A DNA stretch of 55,746 nucleotides. Origin: Patescibacteria group bacterium. GTDB lineage: Bacteria; Patescibacteriota; Saccharimonadia; Saccharimonadales; JANWIN01. Of this stretch, positions 44,036 to 52,377 are shown in pieces. How positions within the stretch are numbered: the first letter of the stretch is position 1; every line of letters begins with the position of its first letter. Made by a program: the position numbers and the translations under genes. The notes under the pieces were generated by a model. It was given only the letters and a program-made list of their open reading frames with translations. It searched no databases and had not been told where the DNA came from. The DNA lies in assembly GCA_035480855.1 (NCBI GenBank), contig DATIHJ010000026.1, positions 1 through 55,746 on the forward strand, in the 5' to 3' direction.

Positions 44036-44596
44036 TTAGAACTTTACGTCAACTGGTTCAGCCGCAGCGGCCTGGCCAGCAGCATCTAGCTCAAAGAATT
44101 CGCGGTCGGTGTGAAAGCCAAGCATATTGGCAAAAACGCTGGTTGGAAAAACTTTTCGCTTGGTGTTAAAGTCGCGTGCTACACCATTGTAAAACCGGCG
44201 AGATGCCTGGATTTTATCTTCTGTATCAACTAGCTCAGCTTGTAGCTCTTGGAAATTCTGGCTTGCTTTTAGATCAGGATAATTCTCGGCGACCGCGAAT
44301 AAACTCTTTAGTGTTTGGCTAAATTGATTCTCGGCCTTGGCAGTTTCGGCTGGACCTTGGGCATTTAATGCGTTGGCCCGGGCTTTTGTGACATCTTCAA
44401 AGACAGTCTTTTCGTGAGAGGCATAACCCTTGACGGTATTTACCAGGTTTGGGATTAAGTCATAGCGACGCTTTAGCTGCACGGTTATATCGCTCCAGGC
44501 TTCGTCGGCACGTACATTAAGCCGTACCAGACCGTTGTACAAAGCGGCAATAACCACTCCTACAACTACAATTATTCCAATAATTATCCACAACAT
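44036..44596 (-). CDS. lemA: LemA family protein
   Basis: An N-terminal TM, then YN.LV........W.....QL.RR.DLIPNLV..VK.Y..HE......V...R and AENYPDLKA...F..LQ.EL...E..I...R..YN. Confidence 0.9.
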   Translation of the reverse strand: MLWIIIGIIVVVGVVIAALYNGLVRLNVRADEAWSDITVQLKRRYDLIPNLVNTVKGYASHEKTVFEDVTKARANALNAQGPAETAKAENQFSQTLKSLFAVAENYPDLKASQNFQELQAELVDTEDKIQASRRFYNGVARDFNTKRKVFPTSVFANMLGFHTDREFFELDAAGQAAAAEPVDVKF

Positions 44597-44701
44597 TAGC
44601 TGCTTGTCCTCCCTATTATTTGCTCTATTAATTATACCACTACCGCTAAAAAATAACTGGATAAATAAGGTGTGATTCTACATTACTTTTGATTAGTAGG
44701 T

Positions 44702-44789
44702 TGGTGGGCAAGGAGGGACTCGAACCCTCAAGGCTTATGCAGCCAACAGATTTTAAGTCTGTCGCGTATACCAATTCCGCCACTCGCCC
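44702..44789 (-). tRNA. tRNA-Leu (anticodon TAA), type II with long variable arm, CCA encoded
   Basis: Acceptor GGGCGAG/CTTGCCC, anticodon arm ACAGA-CTTAAAA-TCTGT, a long variable arm (TGGCTGCATAAGCCTTG region), T-arm GAGGG-TTCGAGT-CCCTC, A73, CCA. Confidence 0.93.
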
Positions 44790-44793
44790 AAAT

Positions 44794-44867
44794 TGGAGGC
44801 GCGTACGGGTAATGCTCCCGTCTACCAGCTTTTGCAGAGCTGTGCCTAACTTCTCGGCCAACGCGCC
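44794..44867 (-). tRNA. tRNA-Cys (anticodon GCA) with a non-canonical T-loop and D-loop
   Basis: The minus strand is GGCGCGT-TG-GCC-GAGAAGTTA-GGC-A-CAGCT-CTGCAAA-AGCTG-GTAG-ACGGG-AGCATTA-CCCGT-ACGCGCC-T-CCA. The 7-bp acceptor, 5-bp anticodon stem and 5-bp T stem are all perfect, with U73 and GCA. The T-loop is AGCAUUA instead of UUCRANY, and the D-loop has no GG. Confidence 0.7.
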
Positions 44868-44957
44868 ATACTCGCCTATTCTACTAGTAAAAACGCCTTG
44901 CGTAAAAAGTATAGACTATTTTAGGATAATAATTTTGATACACCTATACCAAGTCTG

Positions 44958-45305
44958 TTAGTGCGACGAGTTTTTAGACATAGTCTCAGAATCACTTGAA
45001 CCAATATCAAGTTGTCTATACCCTCGCTCAAACTCATACATTTGATCCCTGAACAAAAACCACTCATCTGGAGCATCGGCTGGTATTATTGAGCTATCAG
45101 TTGCTAGTTCTCCTAATATAACCTCGAGATGATTAAGCTCTTCCAGAAGTGCTATTTGTCTATCCTGTTCTTTTTTGGTTTCTTCCGCCACAAGAATTAT
45201 ATGTTCTAGATAGCCTCGATTGAGAACATTGCGCATGACCCACCTATAAGCTTCGGTCGCTCTAATTTCTGTTTGCCCTAGTCGGTCGGATATTACCTCT
45301 AACAA
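44958..45305 (-). CDS. Hypothetical protein
   Basis: A 115-codon ORF with a TTG start, acidic and helical, with no recognised domain. Confidence 0.4.
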   Translation of the reverse strand: MLEVISDRLGQTEIRATEAYRWVMRNVLNRGYLEHIILVAEETKKEQDRQIALLEELNHLEVILGELATDSSIIPADAPDEWFLFRDQMYEFERGYRQLDIGSSDSETMSKNSSH

Positions 45306-45382
45306 AAACCACCTCTATTAACAGTGGCTATTTTAATAAATTTGCCCAACTGATGATGTTAGATTGCTAATTGCAACAGATG

Positions 45383-46348
45383 TCAGGCTGACCAAAGCAT
45401 ATTTACGTAAGCTTTTACCACTTCTCTTTGTACGGTGTCACCTCTGGAGTGTCCTGCCATTACCATGTGTAATATAGTTTTATCGTTTAAGGCATTTTTA
45501 AGATCATATGCCGCGGATGGCATGCAAATAAAATCATAACGCCCATGCACTATAACTGTTGGAATATTACGCAGTTTAGATGCATTTTTGAGAATATAGT
45601 TTTCTTCTATGAAGCAATTATTAAGAATATAATGAGCTTCTAAGTACGCTAGTGATTCGGAAGCAAAGTCTTTTACATCTTTCTCTACACTCGAGGGGAC
45701 ATAGTCTAGCTTGGCAATAGATGACTCGTAAAGCATCCACTCCCTGACAAAACGTTGGCGGTCAGATTTATTCTTACTTTCCATCATCTTGCTATAGTAA
45801 GCTCCTATGTTGGCCTGTTGTGCTTTAGGAACAGGGGATGAGAATCTTTCCCACACTTCTGGAAAGTGGGATGCTATGCGCCCATGCAAATAAAAGTCAG
45901 AATCTGTTTGTCTAGCTAAGAAGATACCGCCTATAAGCATTTTGTTTACATTTTGTGGACTATCAATTGCGTAAAGCAAAGATAGGGTTGAGCCCCAGGA
46001 AAAGCCATATAGGGATATTTTGTCAAAACCTAGTTTATTTTTAAGCTTGGTGATATCACTTACTAAATCTTGTGATGTATTGTTTTTTAGTGATGCAAAA
46101 GGCGTGCTTCGTCCTGAACCTCTTTGATCATGAAAAATTACACGGTGTTTTTTAGGATCAAATATAGCAAAATCTCTTTGCTCAAACCCACCTCCTGGCC
46201 CACCGTGCAGATAGAATATGGGATCTTTTATGTCCTTGTTGCCCCAATCTACCCAGTACAGCTCATGGCCGTCGCCCACATCCAACCTTCCGGAGCGAAT
46301 TATATTTGTATCTTCGATTGGTTTTAGTTCTTCTCCTAGTTTTGCCAT
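45383..46348 (-). CDS. pip: Proline iminopeptidase (S33 alpha/beta hydrolase)
   Basis: HGGPGGG oxyanion motif, nucleophile elbow GFSWGS, and C-terminal GHS. Confidence 0.85.
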   Translation of the reverse strand: MAKLGEELKPIEDTNIIRSGRLDVGDGHELYWVDWGNKDIKDPIFYLHGGPGGGFEQRDFAIFDPKKHRVIFHDQRGSGRSTPFASLKNNTSQDLVSDITKLKNKLGFDKISLYGFSWGSTLSLLYAIDSPQNVNKMLIGGIFLARQTDSDFYLHGRIASHFPEVWERFSSPVPKAQQANIGAYYSKMMESKNKSDRQRFVREWMLYESSIAKLDYVPSSVEKDVKDFASESLAYLEAHYILNNCFIEENYILKNASKLRNIPTVIVHGRYDFICMPSAAYDLKNALNDKTILHMVMAGHSRGDTVQREVVKAYVNMLWSA

Positions 46349-47016
46349 TATTTGCCCTTTTTTGTAGACTTACGGTTTATGATAACTTCTGAGACCTCCA
46401 TGTTTTTGGGCAAATCCAGTATCTGCTTTATGAACATGGCTATGTCCTCTGGTCGCATCCAATCCTCTTGGCTAGTGTCACGTCCTAAAGCCTTTTCAAA
46501 AAATTTAGTCCTGATGCCACCCGGGCAAAAACTTATTACCCTACACTGAGTATCTTTTAGCTCTTCTTTAAGGCTAGCCGTAAACCCGCGCTCAGCCCAC
46601 TTAGAAGCAGAGTAGAGTGGGTTGTCTTTTTTGCCAACTGTCCCAGCCGTGGATACCATATTTAAAATATCTGCTTCATCTTTTTTAATACGCTCAATTA
46701 GCAGAGAGACTAATAGCATAGGAGCTTTAACATTTGTAGACATTACCTTTTTTATTTCTGTTTCAGTTATTTCACCAAGTTTTTGCTCACTATAAACACC
46801 GACACAATTAATGACAGCTTCTACAGTTCCATCTAGCTTTTTAACTTGCTGTGCAGCCTTATTTATTTCTGGACCTTTACTCAGGTCCAACACTATATTC
46901 TCGTTGGCATATTCACAGTCGTGCAGAGATATATTAACAACCTGTTTGCCTGCCGATTTGTAGAGTTTAGCAAGTTGCAGCCCCACACCGTCACTTGCCC
47001 CAGTTATCACGATCAT
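46348..47016 (-). CDS. Short-chain dehydrogenase/reductase (SDR)
   Basis: TGASDGVG cofactor motif, an NNAG-like region, and catalytic YSASK. Confidence 0.88.
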   Translation of the reverse strand: MIVITGASDGVGLQLAKLYKSAGKQVVNISLHDCEYANENIVLDLSKGPEINKAAQQVKKLDGTVEAVINCVGVYSEQKLGEITETEIKKVMSTNVKAPMLLVSLLIERIKKDEADILNMVSTAGTVGKKDNPLYSASKWAERGFTASLKEELKDTQCRVISFCPGGIRTKFFEKALGRDTSQEDWMRPEDIAMFIKQILDLPKNMEVSEVIINRKSTKKGK

Positions 47017-47022
47017 GAAACT

Positions 47023-47031
47023 ATAATAACA
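47023..47031 (-). promoter_or_regulatory. Extended -10 element TGtTATTAT, 6 nt upstream of the SDR ATG (leaderless)
   Basis: The minus strand reads tttGTtATTAT context: catttgTtATTATagtttcATG. TATTAT corresponds to 47028-47023 and TGT to 47031-47029. Confidence 0.45.
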
Positions 47032-47080
47032 AATGACTAGCTATATTGAGACTTGCCTTAGCCAGTTTATCGCTAATGTG

Positions 47081-47644
47081 CTAAGCTCGTTTTAGTTGTT
47101 GGCCGCCAGAGTTCTTGACATCTAGTGCCATTGCAATCAGCAGCGGCCCAGTTATCAGTGCATAGAGCCCAAGGATCCATACAAAAGCTACGCCTGAAGC
47201 GGCAGGCTGGAACAGCACAACTATGCCCACTAATCCTGCCAACAGTCCGCCTAGAATTGTTAGAAGCTTGTTTGTAGCTCCGTGGCCACCAAATAGTCCG
47301 CCGACAATATCAAAGATGCCTCTAATAATTAAGATGAAGCCAACTAGAAGTATTAGGGTAGAAAAGGTTACAAGTGGATGTCTAAGTAGATATACTCCAA
47401 CGCCTATTTCTAGAACACTCAAAAGAATTACAAGCATCCGCATGCCAAAGGATTCATCACCAGCTGCTATGCCACCTATAAGGCTGATAATCCCGTTTAT
47501 TAAAATAAATGTACTAAACAAGTACACTAATGTTACTAGTGTTAAGCCAGGCCAAAATACAGCGGCAACTCCAAATAATAGCGCGGCAATTCCACGCATG
47601 AGCATTATGCCCCATAAGTTTTTTACCATTTGCTGTTCTGCCAT
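47081..47644 (-). CDS. HdeD/DUF308 family membrane protein
   Basis: Six TM helices with repeated G....L.G....F.P motifs (LMRGIAALLFGVAAVFWPG). An SD (ggaggtg) lies upstream. Confidence 0.8.
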   Translation of the reverse strand: MAEQQMVKNLWGIMLMRGIAALLFGVAAVFWPGLTLVTLVYLFSTFILINGIISLIGGIAAGDESFGMRMLVILLSVLEIGVGVYLLRHPLVTFSTLILLVGFILIIRGIFDIVGGLFGGHGATNKLLTILGGLLAGLVGIVVLFQPAASGVAFVWILGLYALITGPLLIAMALDVKNSGGQQLKRA

Positions 47645-47708
47645 TACACACCTCCATAAGATTTTAATTAATAATTTGTTGTTTAATTCGCCAAAAGAGA
47701 TTGTGACG

Positions 47709-47781
47709 GAGGGGTATCAATATTTGCTGCTATTTATCAAAGCAGCAAAATACCCTCAGTCAACCCACCCTGATGGTTGAC
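47709..47781 (-). other. Two adjacent stem-loops in the 197-nt spacer upstream of hdeD (possible terminator or structured leader)
   Basis: TTTGCTGCT (47723-47731) / AGCAGCAAA (47741-47749), extendable by GAGGG(G)TA / TACCCTC. GTCAACC (47759-47765) / GGTTGAC (47775-47781). On the minus strand, an outer GGAGGG...CCCTCC pairing could enclose both. Confidence 0.4.
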
Positions 47782-47841
47782 CTAGAGCCATCGAACCCTC
47801 CTATTTATATAGGTTTAGCATCCTACTCATTAACAGAAATG

Positions 47842-49131
47842 TCAAGCCGCTGGTTCTCGCCTGTTTTTATTGTTTGGAGCTGCCAAAAATTCAATTGCTA
47901 GTACTAGTACAAGCATAACCAGTCCATAGATCACGACAAGTTTTGGCGATAATTTTACTAGTACCATTATTAGCGCAATTAATGCTATGCTCCCCCACTG
48001 TAGTTGTCGTTTAAATTTGCCTACCCATATAGTAAAGGCGTTATCGTGTTGACCAAATAGCGTCTGGTGCAAACGACCTGATAGCAAAGCCACGGTTCGC
48101 GCCTTAATAGCAGTTGCAGACTTATACGGACCGCTAAGCCAGGCTATGATCACTACCAGCGCTCCCAGAAGTAGAATGGCGATAGTTTGAGTGACAAAGG
48201 CGCTAAACACGGTGTTGTAGGCCACCTGTACAGCCGATTGATAGGTAGGGTCAACTTTTGATACCACAATGCTGCCTGCAATTTTTATAGCAATCAATGT
48301 AGCCATCATTGCAAGCGCAAAGAATACACCGAGTCTAATAACCATTTTTCGTTTTTTAGTGGAAAGAGCAATTGCTGCAGCTACTAAGCCAACAAGCAGG
48401 AGTGTTGCTAAGGTTTGGTATAGACCAATGTTTTTAGCAAGTTTATGTACAACTGGTAACCACCCAGCGGTAGCTACTTTTATAGAACCAACATTATTTG
48501 GTAATTGTTTATTGGCTAGGAAAGACAACTTGGTATCAACAAGGCGTTTACTCAGCTGGTTATAGATATCCGACACCTCAATGGTGCCATTGCCTTCATA
48601 ATTTTTAGTAAAACTTATGATGGCCTCATGCCGCCTAGCAAGTGAAGAATACCAATATGACTGAACCTTAGGATTGGCTAGCAGTGACTGTATGCTTGTT
48701 TGAGTATAAGTTTTTAGCTGAGAAGTAAGCTGGGGTGCTAGAACATCTGCTCTTGGCGGAAGAATAGACTGTACGTATCCTTGTACATCTACGTTATTGA
48801 ATAACTGTGTGGTGGTATAGCTTGCTATCGCTGTTTGAATCTCAGGCTTTTGGATTAGCGGCCCAACTGCCGATACGTACCTATCTGTATTAACTAAAGT
48901 GTTGCCAGTCCAAAAGAATATATTGCCAACAACAAGTAAAGCCGTAGCTAACGCTACACAAAACCAAGCTGCTATCTTGCGCCAATAATTTTTCTTTTTT
49001 GCGGTTTTAGTTTTTGTGCCAGCCTTTTGGCTGTCTATATTTTTTTGCAAACTTGCAATTTCTGCTTTTAAATCGGCCACTTCTTTTTTTAGGGCCGCCG
49101 GACTTTGATTCTGTTGGCTGGGTTTAGGCAT
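47842..49131 (-). CDS. Hypothetical integral membrane protein with N-terminal coiled coil
   Basis: N-terminal AALKKEVADLKAEIASLQK, a first TM, a ~170-aa loop and then at least five TMs. No recognised family. Confidence 0.6.
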   Translation of the reverse strand: MPKPSQQNQSPAALKKEVADLKAEIASLQKNIDSQKAGTKTKTAKKKNYWRKIAAWFCVALATALLVVGNIFFWTGNTLVNTDRYVSAVGPLIQKPEIQTAIASYTTTQLFNNVDVQGYVQSILPPRADVLAPQLTSQLKTYTQTSIQSLLANPKVQSYWYSSLARRHEAIISFTKNYEGNGTIEVSDIYNQLSKRLVDTKLSFLANKQLPNNVGSIKVATAGWLPVVHKLAKNIGLYQTLATLLLVGLVAAAIALSTKKRKMVIRLGVFFALAMMATLIAIKIAGSIVVSKVDPTYQSAVQVAYNTVFSAFVTQTIAILLLGALVVIIAWLSGPYKSATAIKARTVALLSGRLHQTLFGQHDNAFTIWVGKFKRQLQWGSIALIALIMVLVKLSPKLVVIYGLVMLVLVLAIEFLAAPNNKNRREPAA

Positions 49132-49179
49132 ATACTATCTGGCTTCATACAAACGCCGTACTCTGGTACGTCTTGTAAA

Positions 49180-49581
49180 TTAACTGTCTTTAAGTTCAGC
49201 TCCGTGAACAACAAGCGCATGAATAACCACTACATCGATGGTGATGACTATAACTGACCAAATTGGATATGCACTTATAAATGCCAGAGCACCAATTGCG
49301 CTCAATACTGCAAGGACAACACCAACAATCCGCGCCCAAGTAGAGCCGTGAAGCACAGAGAAACCAGCCATTAATACTAGAAAACCGATGGCAAGATCTA
49401 TCCAACCCCAGGCAGGATAGTTAAATACTAGTAGATTGCTAGAAGTTACTGCGTACCAAGTGGGTCGTAGCAATGATGTTAGACCAGCGAGAACTTGGAA
49501 AAATCCTGACATGATCATCATGATACCTGCAAAGAAAATCCAACCAACTCCCTTGCTTAGTTCTTTGTTATTAGTAGCCAC
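49180..49581 (-). CDS. DUF7144-like small integral membrane protein (paralog of 5794-6198)
   Basis: It aligns end to end with 5794-6198 (GVGWIFFAGIMMIM.G..Q.LAGL...; WARIV...L...S......AYPIW...I.T.DV.VI.AL.VHG.EL.D). GTG start 9 nt after GGAGGG. Confidence 0.65.
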   Translation of the reverse strand: MATNNKELSKGVGWIFFAGIMMIMSGFFQVLAGLTSLLRPTWYAVTSSNLLVFNYPAWGWIDLAIGFLVLMAGFSVLHGSTWARIVGVVLAVLSAIGALAFISAYPIWSVIVITIDVVVIHALVVHGAELKDS

Positions 49582-49748
49582 AACGCACTCCCTCCGTTTA
49601 TATATACCTAACTATTTACCCAGACTATATATTTGTCAAGATTTAAATAAAGTTTTAATAGTGCTTATGCTTATACTTACGTTTTTAGCGGAAAACAAAT
49701 TGTTTCAGGTAAATGCTTCGGTATTAATTAGGAGTATAATAGGCTCAA

Positions 49749-50060
49749 ATGATGGAAAGCGTCTCGAGGCATGTGTACCGGTTACTTATATTGCTTGTAT
49801 TGCTCACAATCGCAACAGGCACAATTGTTTACCACCTTGTGGAGAAATTTTCTTGGCTTAACTCCTACTATTTCAGTGTCATTACATTGGCCACGGTCGG
49901 CTATGGCGATCTCACTCCTCATACTAATTTTGGCAAACTGTTCACGACATTTTATATTTTTGTAGGAGTGGGAATTATTACTACGTTTATTAGTCTTAGC
50001 ATGCGTCGACGCGCAGCCAGAATGCAAGAGCGCCATGACAACAGAAACAAAAAGAAATAA
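49749..50060 (+). CDS. Minimal two-TM potassium channel (no cytoplasmic gating domain)
   Basis: An M1 helix, a pore helix plus the selectivity filter TVGYGD, an M2 helix and a short basic tail, totalling 103 aa. Confidence 0.85.
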   Translation: MMESVSRHVYRLLILLVLLTIATGTIVYHLVEKFSWLNSYYFSVITLATVGYGDLTPHTNFGKLFTTFYIFVGVGIITTFISLSMRRRAARMQERHDNRNKKK

Positions 50061-50143
50061 GCAAATTACTAACATTAGCAGTTTGACATAGTCAAGTTGT
50101 AGGCAGACAATTAGAATATTAACAATAAAAGCTGAGGTGTATC

Positions 50144-50350
50144 ATGCATATATTTACTGGTTTTTTCTGGGTTCTAGGTGTAATTATTTGGATTGCTCTA
50201 GCGTTTTGGCCAGCCCGCGTTGCTGCACGCAAAGGTCACAGCTTTTTGGGATACTTTATATTCAGCTTAGTTTTCTTCTTTGCAGCGCTAATAGTAGCTT
50301 ATATGGTGCCAGACCGCACAGCTTCAGCACCAAGTAAGCCAAGCGAATAA
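50144..50350 (+). CDS. Small two-TM membrane protein, hypothetical
   Basis: An SD (gaggtg) sits 6 nt upstream, and there are two hydrophobic helices. No confident family. Confidence 0.5.
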   Translation: MHIFTGFFWVLGVIIWIALAFWPARVAARKGHSFLGYFIFSLVFFFAALIVAYMVPDRTASAPSKPSE

Positions 50351-50367
50351 ATTAGTATTTTAAAAGA

Positions 50368-51078
50368 TTAGGCTCTAGACACCACTTGCACTAACCCAAA
50401 GCAAGCAATTGCTGTTCCTAATGCCCCAAGACCAATCATCAGATAGAGCTGTATATTATCAGTCAGTATATTGTCTATTTTATTTTGCAACCGTATTAAA
50501 TATTGCCGGCGGTTTTTCTGATAATAAATAATTATGAGAAATGGAATTATGCCGACTGCAATAGTCCAAAATAAAATTAGTAGAGCTAATAGTGGATCAA
50601 GCTTATTGCTAGTTATTAATTTAGTTACAAATAAAATTGCGAAAATATTCGTAACACTAAGTAGTGTTTTAAAAAAGCCAAACATAAATAGTGGCATTAA
50701 CTTGGATGGCGGGGCTTTGCCAATTTTGGCTGTTTTGACGGAATCGGGAGAGTGATATTTGAACCGGCGGAACCGCTTAATTGCATAAATTATAAGTGTT
50801 ATCCCTATTAGTATATCCACAAGTGGAGGCAAAGAAATTTTTTCTGCAAGTCCACGTAAACTAATATCTGAATCTGGTTTGATAAATATAGCCGCCACTA
50901 AACTTAAAAGTAAAAGTGGAAGGGCTACACTTCCAAGTAATACCACTGTGTGCAATAGTGGGCGTTTAGACTTAAGCACAATCAGCAGGTCTGTAATAAT
51001 AAGCATAGGGCTAAAAGCAATAAGTAGTCCGGCTATAGAAATAAGCACAAAATCAAACACTAGTTCGAAAATATTCAT
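50368..51078 (-). CDS. Hypothetical polytopic membrane protein (possibly GAP/Sap-like)
   Basis: Six hydrophobic helices with a central basic loop. The family assignment is tentative. Confidence 0.5.
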   Translation of the reverse strand: MNIFELVFDFVLISIAGLLIAFSPMLIITDLLIVLKSKRPLLHTVVLLGSVALPLLLLSLVAAIFIKPDSDISLRGLAEKISLPPLVDILIGITLIIYAIKRFRRFKYHSPDSVKTAKIGKAPPSKLMPLFMFGFFKTLLSVTNIFAILFVTKLITSNKLDPLLALLILFWTIAVGIIPFLIIIYYQKNRRQYLIRLQNKIDNILTDNIQLYLMIGLGALGTAIACFGLVQVVSRA

Positions 51079-51103
51079 AGTATTGGCTAATACATACTTA
51101 TCG

Positions 51104-52240
51104 CTAAGCGGCTTTCTGCTTCCAGAACTTTAATTTGTTTAAAAACTTGTTACCATGCTTTTCATATTTATTCTTGTCAACGGATTCAATATCACGGAAT
51201 ACCTCCATATAAACCTGGACGGTAGTTACAATTACTATCATGATTACCGGGCCAATCACTATACCTAAAAATCCAAAGAATTTAATTCCTGAAAATACTG
51301 ACAGAAGGGTAAGCGCCGGGTCTAGTCTTGCATCTTTGGGAACAAGTCGCGGACGCAAAACATTGTCTATGTTAGTAACAATTAGCAGGTGACCAGCAAT
51401 CACCAAAACTCCTTGCCAAACATTGCCGGTTAGAATCATGATAACGCCTATTGGCATAGCAATGATACCGCCGCCAAGTGGAATAACAGATAAGGCTGTA
51501 AGTAAAACAAAGAAGAAAAAGAATGTGTTGTGCAGACCCGCCAGATAAAGAAGCAGTGCATCAGTAAAACCTTGAGCAGCGGCAATAATGAACTGGCCTT
51601 TTACCATGGCCTTAGTCATTGAAGCTACCCTTTTGGTATACAACTTACTAATATCACGGCCTAGGGGGTTTAGCTGATGGATAGTTTCTAAAATTTTATC
51701 TTGGTTGATAATCATAGACAAAAATACAAATATGTAAATAATGGCTGTGCTAAAGAAATCAAAAAACCCACCAAGCGTGGACTTTAGGTTAGCTAGTAAA
51801 CCTTCAGCAAAAGTTTTAAGTGCATTTCCTAAGTTTGCAATAATTGTAGAAACCGAAAATTGATACGGTATGTGGAGTGACGATAGAAAACTGTTTAGTG
51901 CATTAACTAGTCTCTGTAATAAATCATTCAAGTTTGTACTTGTACCACTGTTTTTTATAGCATCAACTAGTTGGATAATTTGATGTACGCAAATGACAAG
52001 GACCAAAACCAAGGGAATAACAATAGCTAGCAGCGAACAAATAAGCGTTATTGCAGCTGCTTTGCCTGGTTTTTGTCCGCGCCTAAGTAGCCGCCTATAT
52101 AGCGGGGTAAAAGAAAATGAAACAATAGCTGCAAAGACAAGCATTAGAAAGTAATGCCTTAGAAAAAATGCACCACCTAAAATGGCAATTGTAGTAGCAA
52201 TCGCCAAAGCGCGCTTTTGTGATCCGCTTACTACTATCAC
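51104..52240 (-). CDS. AI-2E family (PerM/UPF0118) transporter
   Basis: About 8 TMs, with the family-typical central region (...ALSVIPLGGGIIAMPIGVIMILTGN.WQG...) and overall length. Confidence 0.8.
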   Translation of the reverse strand: MIVVSGSQKRALAIATTIAILGGAFFLRHYFLMLVFAAIVSFSFTPLYRRLLRRGQKPGKAAAITLICSLLAIVIPLVLVLVICVHQIIQLVDAIKNSGTSTNLNDLLQRLVNALNSFLSSLHIPYQFSVSTIIANLGNALKTFAEGLLANLKSTLGGFFDFFSTAIIYIFVFLSMIINQDKILETIHQLNPLGRDISKLYTKRVASMTKAMVKGQFIIAAAQGFTDALLLYLAGLHNTFFFFFVLLTALSVIPLGGGIIAMPIGVIMILTGNVWQGVLVIAGHLLIVTNIDNVLRPRLVPKDARLDPALTLLSVFSGIKFFGFLGIVIGPVIMIVIVTTVQVYMEVFRDIESVDKNKYEKHGNKFLNKLKFWKQKAA

Positions 52241-52377
52241 CTTGCCGGCTCCCTATTGCATGCACAATATTATCAAAAACAGTATAACACCTATAGATAT
52301 GGCTTGGCGTTAGTATAGGTACTATCGTCTATTTATAAAAATCTGTTACTCTTAGATTATATAAAGCGAGTGGTATC

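Noticed and set aside
44646-44961. Two ORFs (71 aa on the minus strand, 90 aa on the plus strand) across 44646-44961.
   Set aside because: Both are read straight through tRNA-Leu and tRNA-Cys, which explain the region completely.
47783-47805. The GGAGGGTTCGATGG segment (minus strand), which resembles a tRNA T-arm.
   Set aside because: The flanks do not pair into a T stem, and no acceptor or anticodon arm can be built around it.
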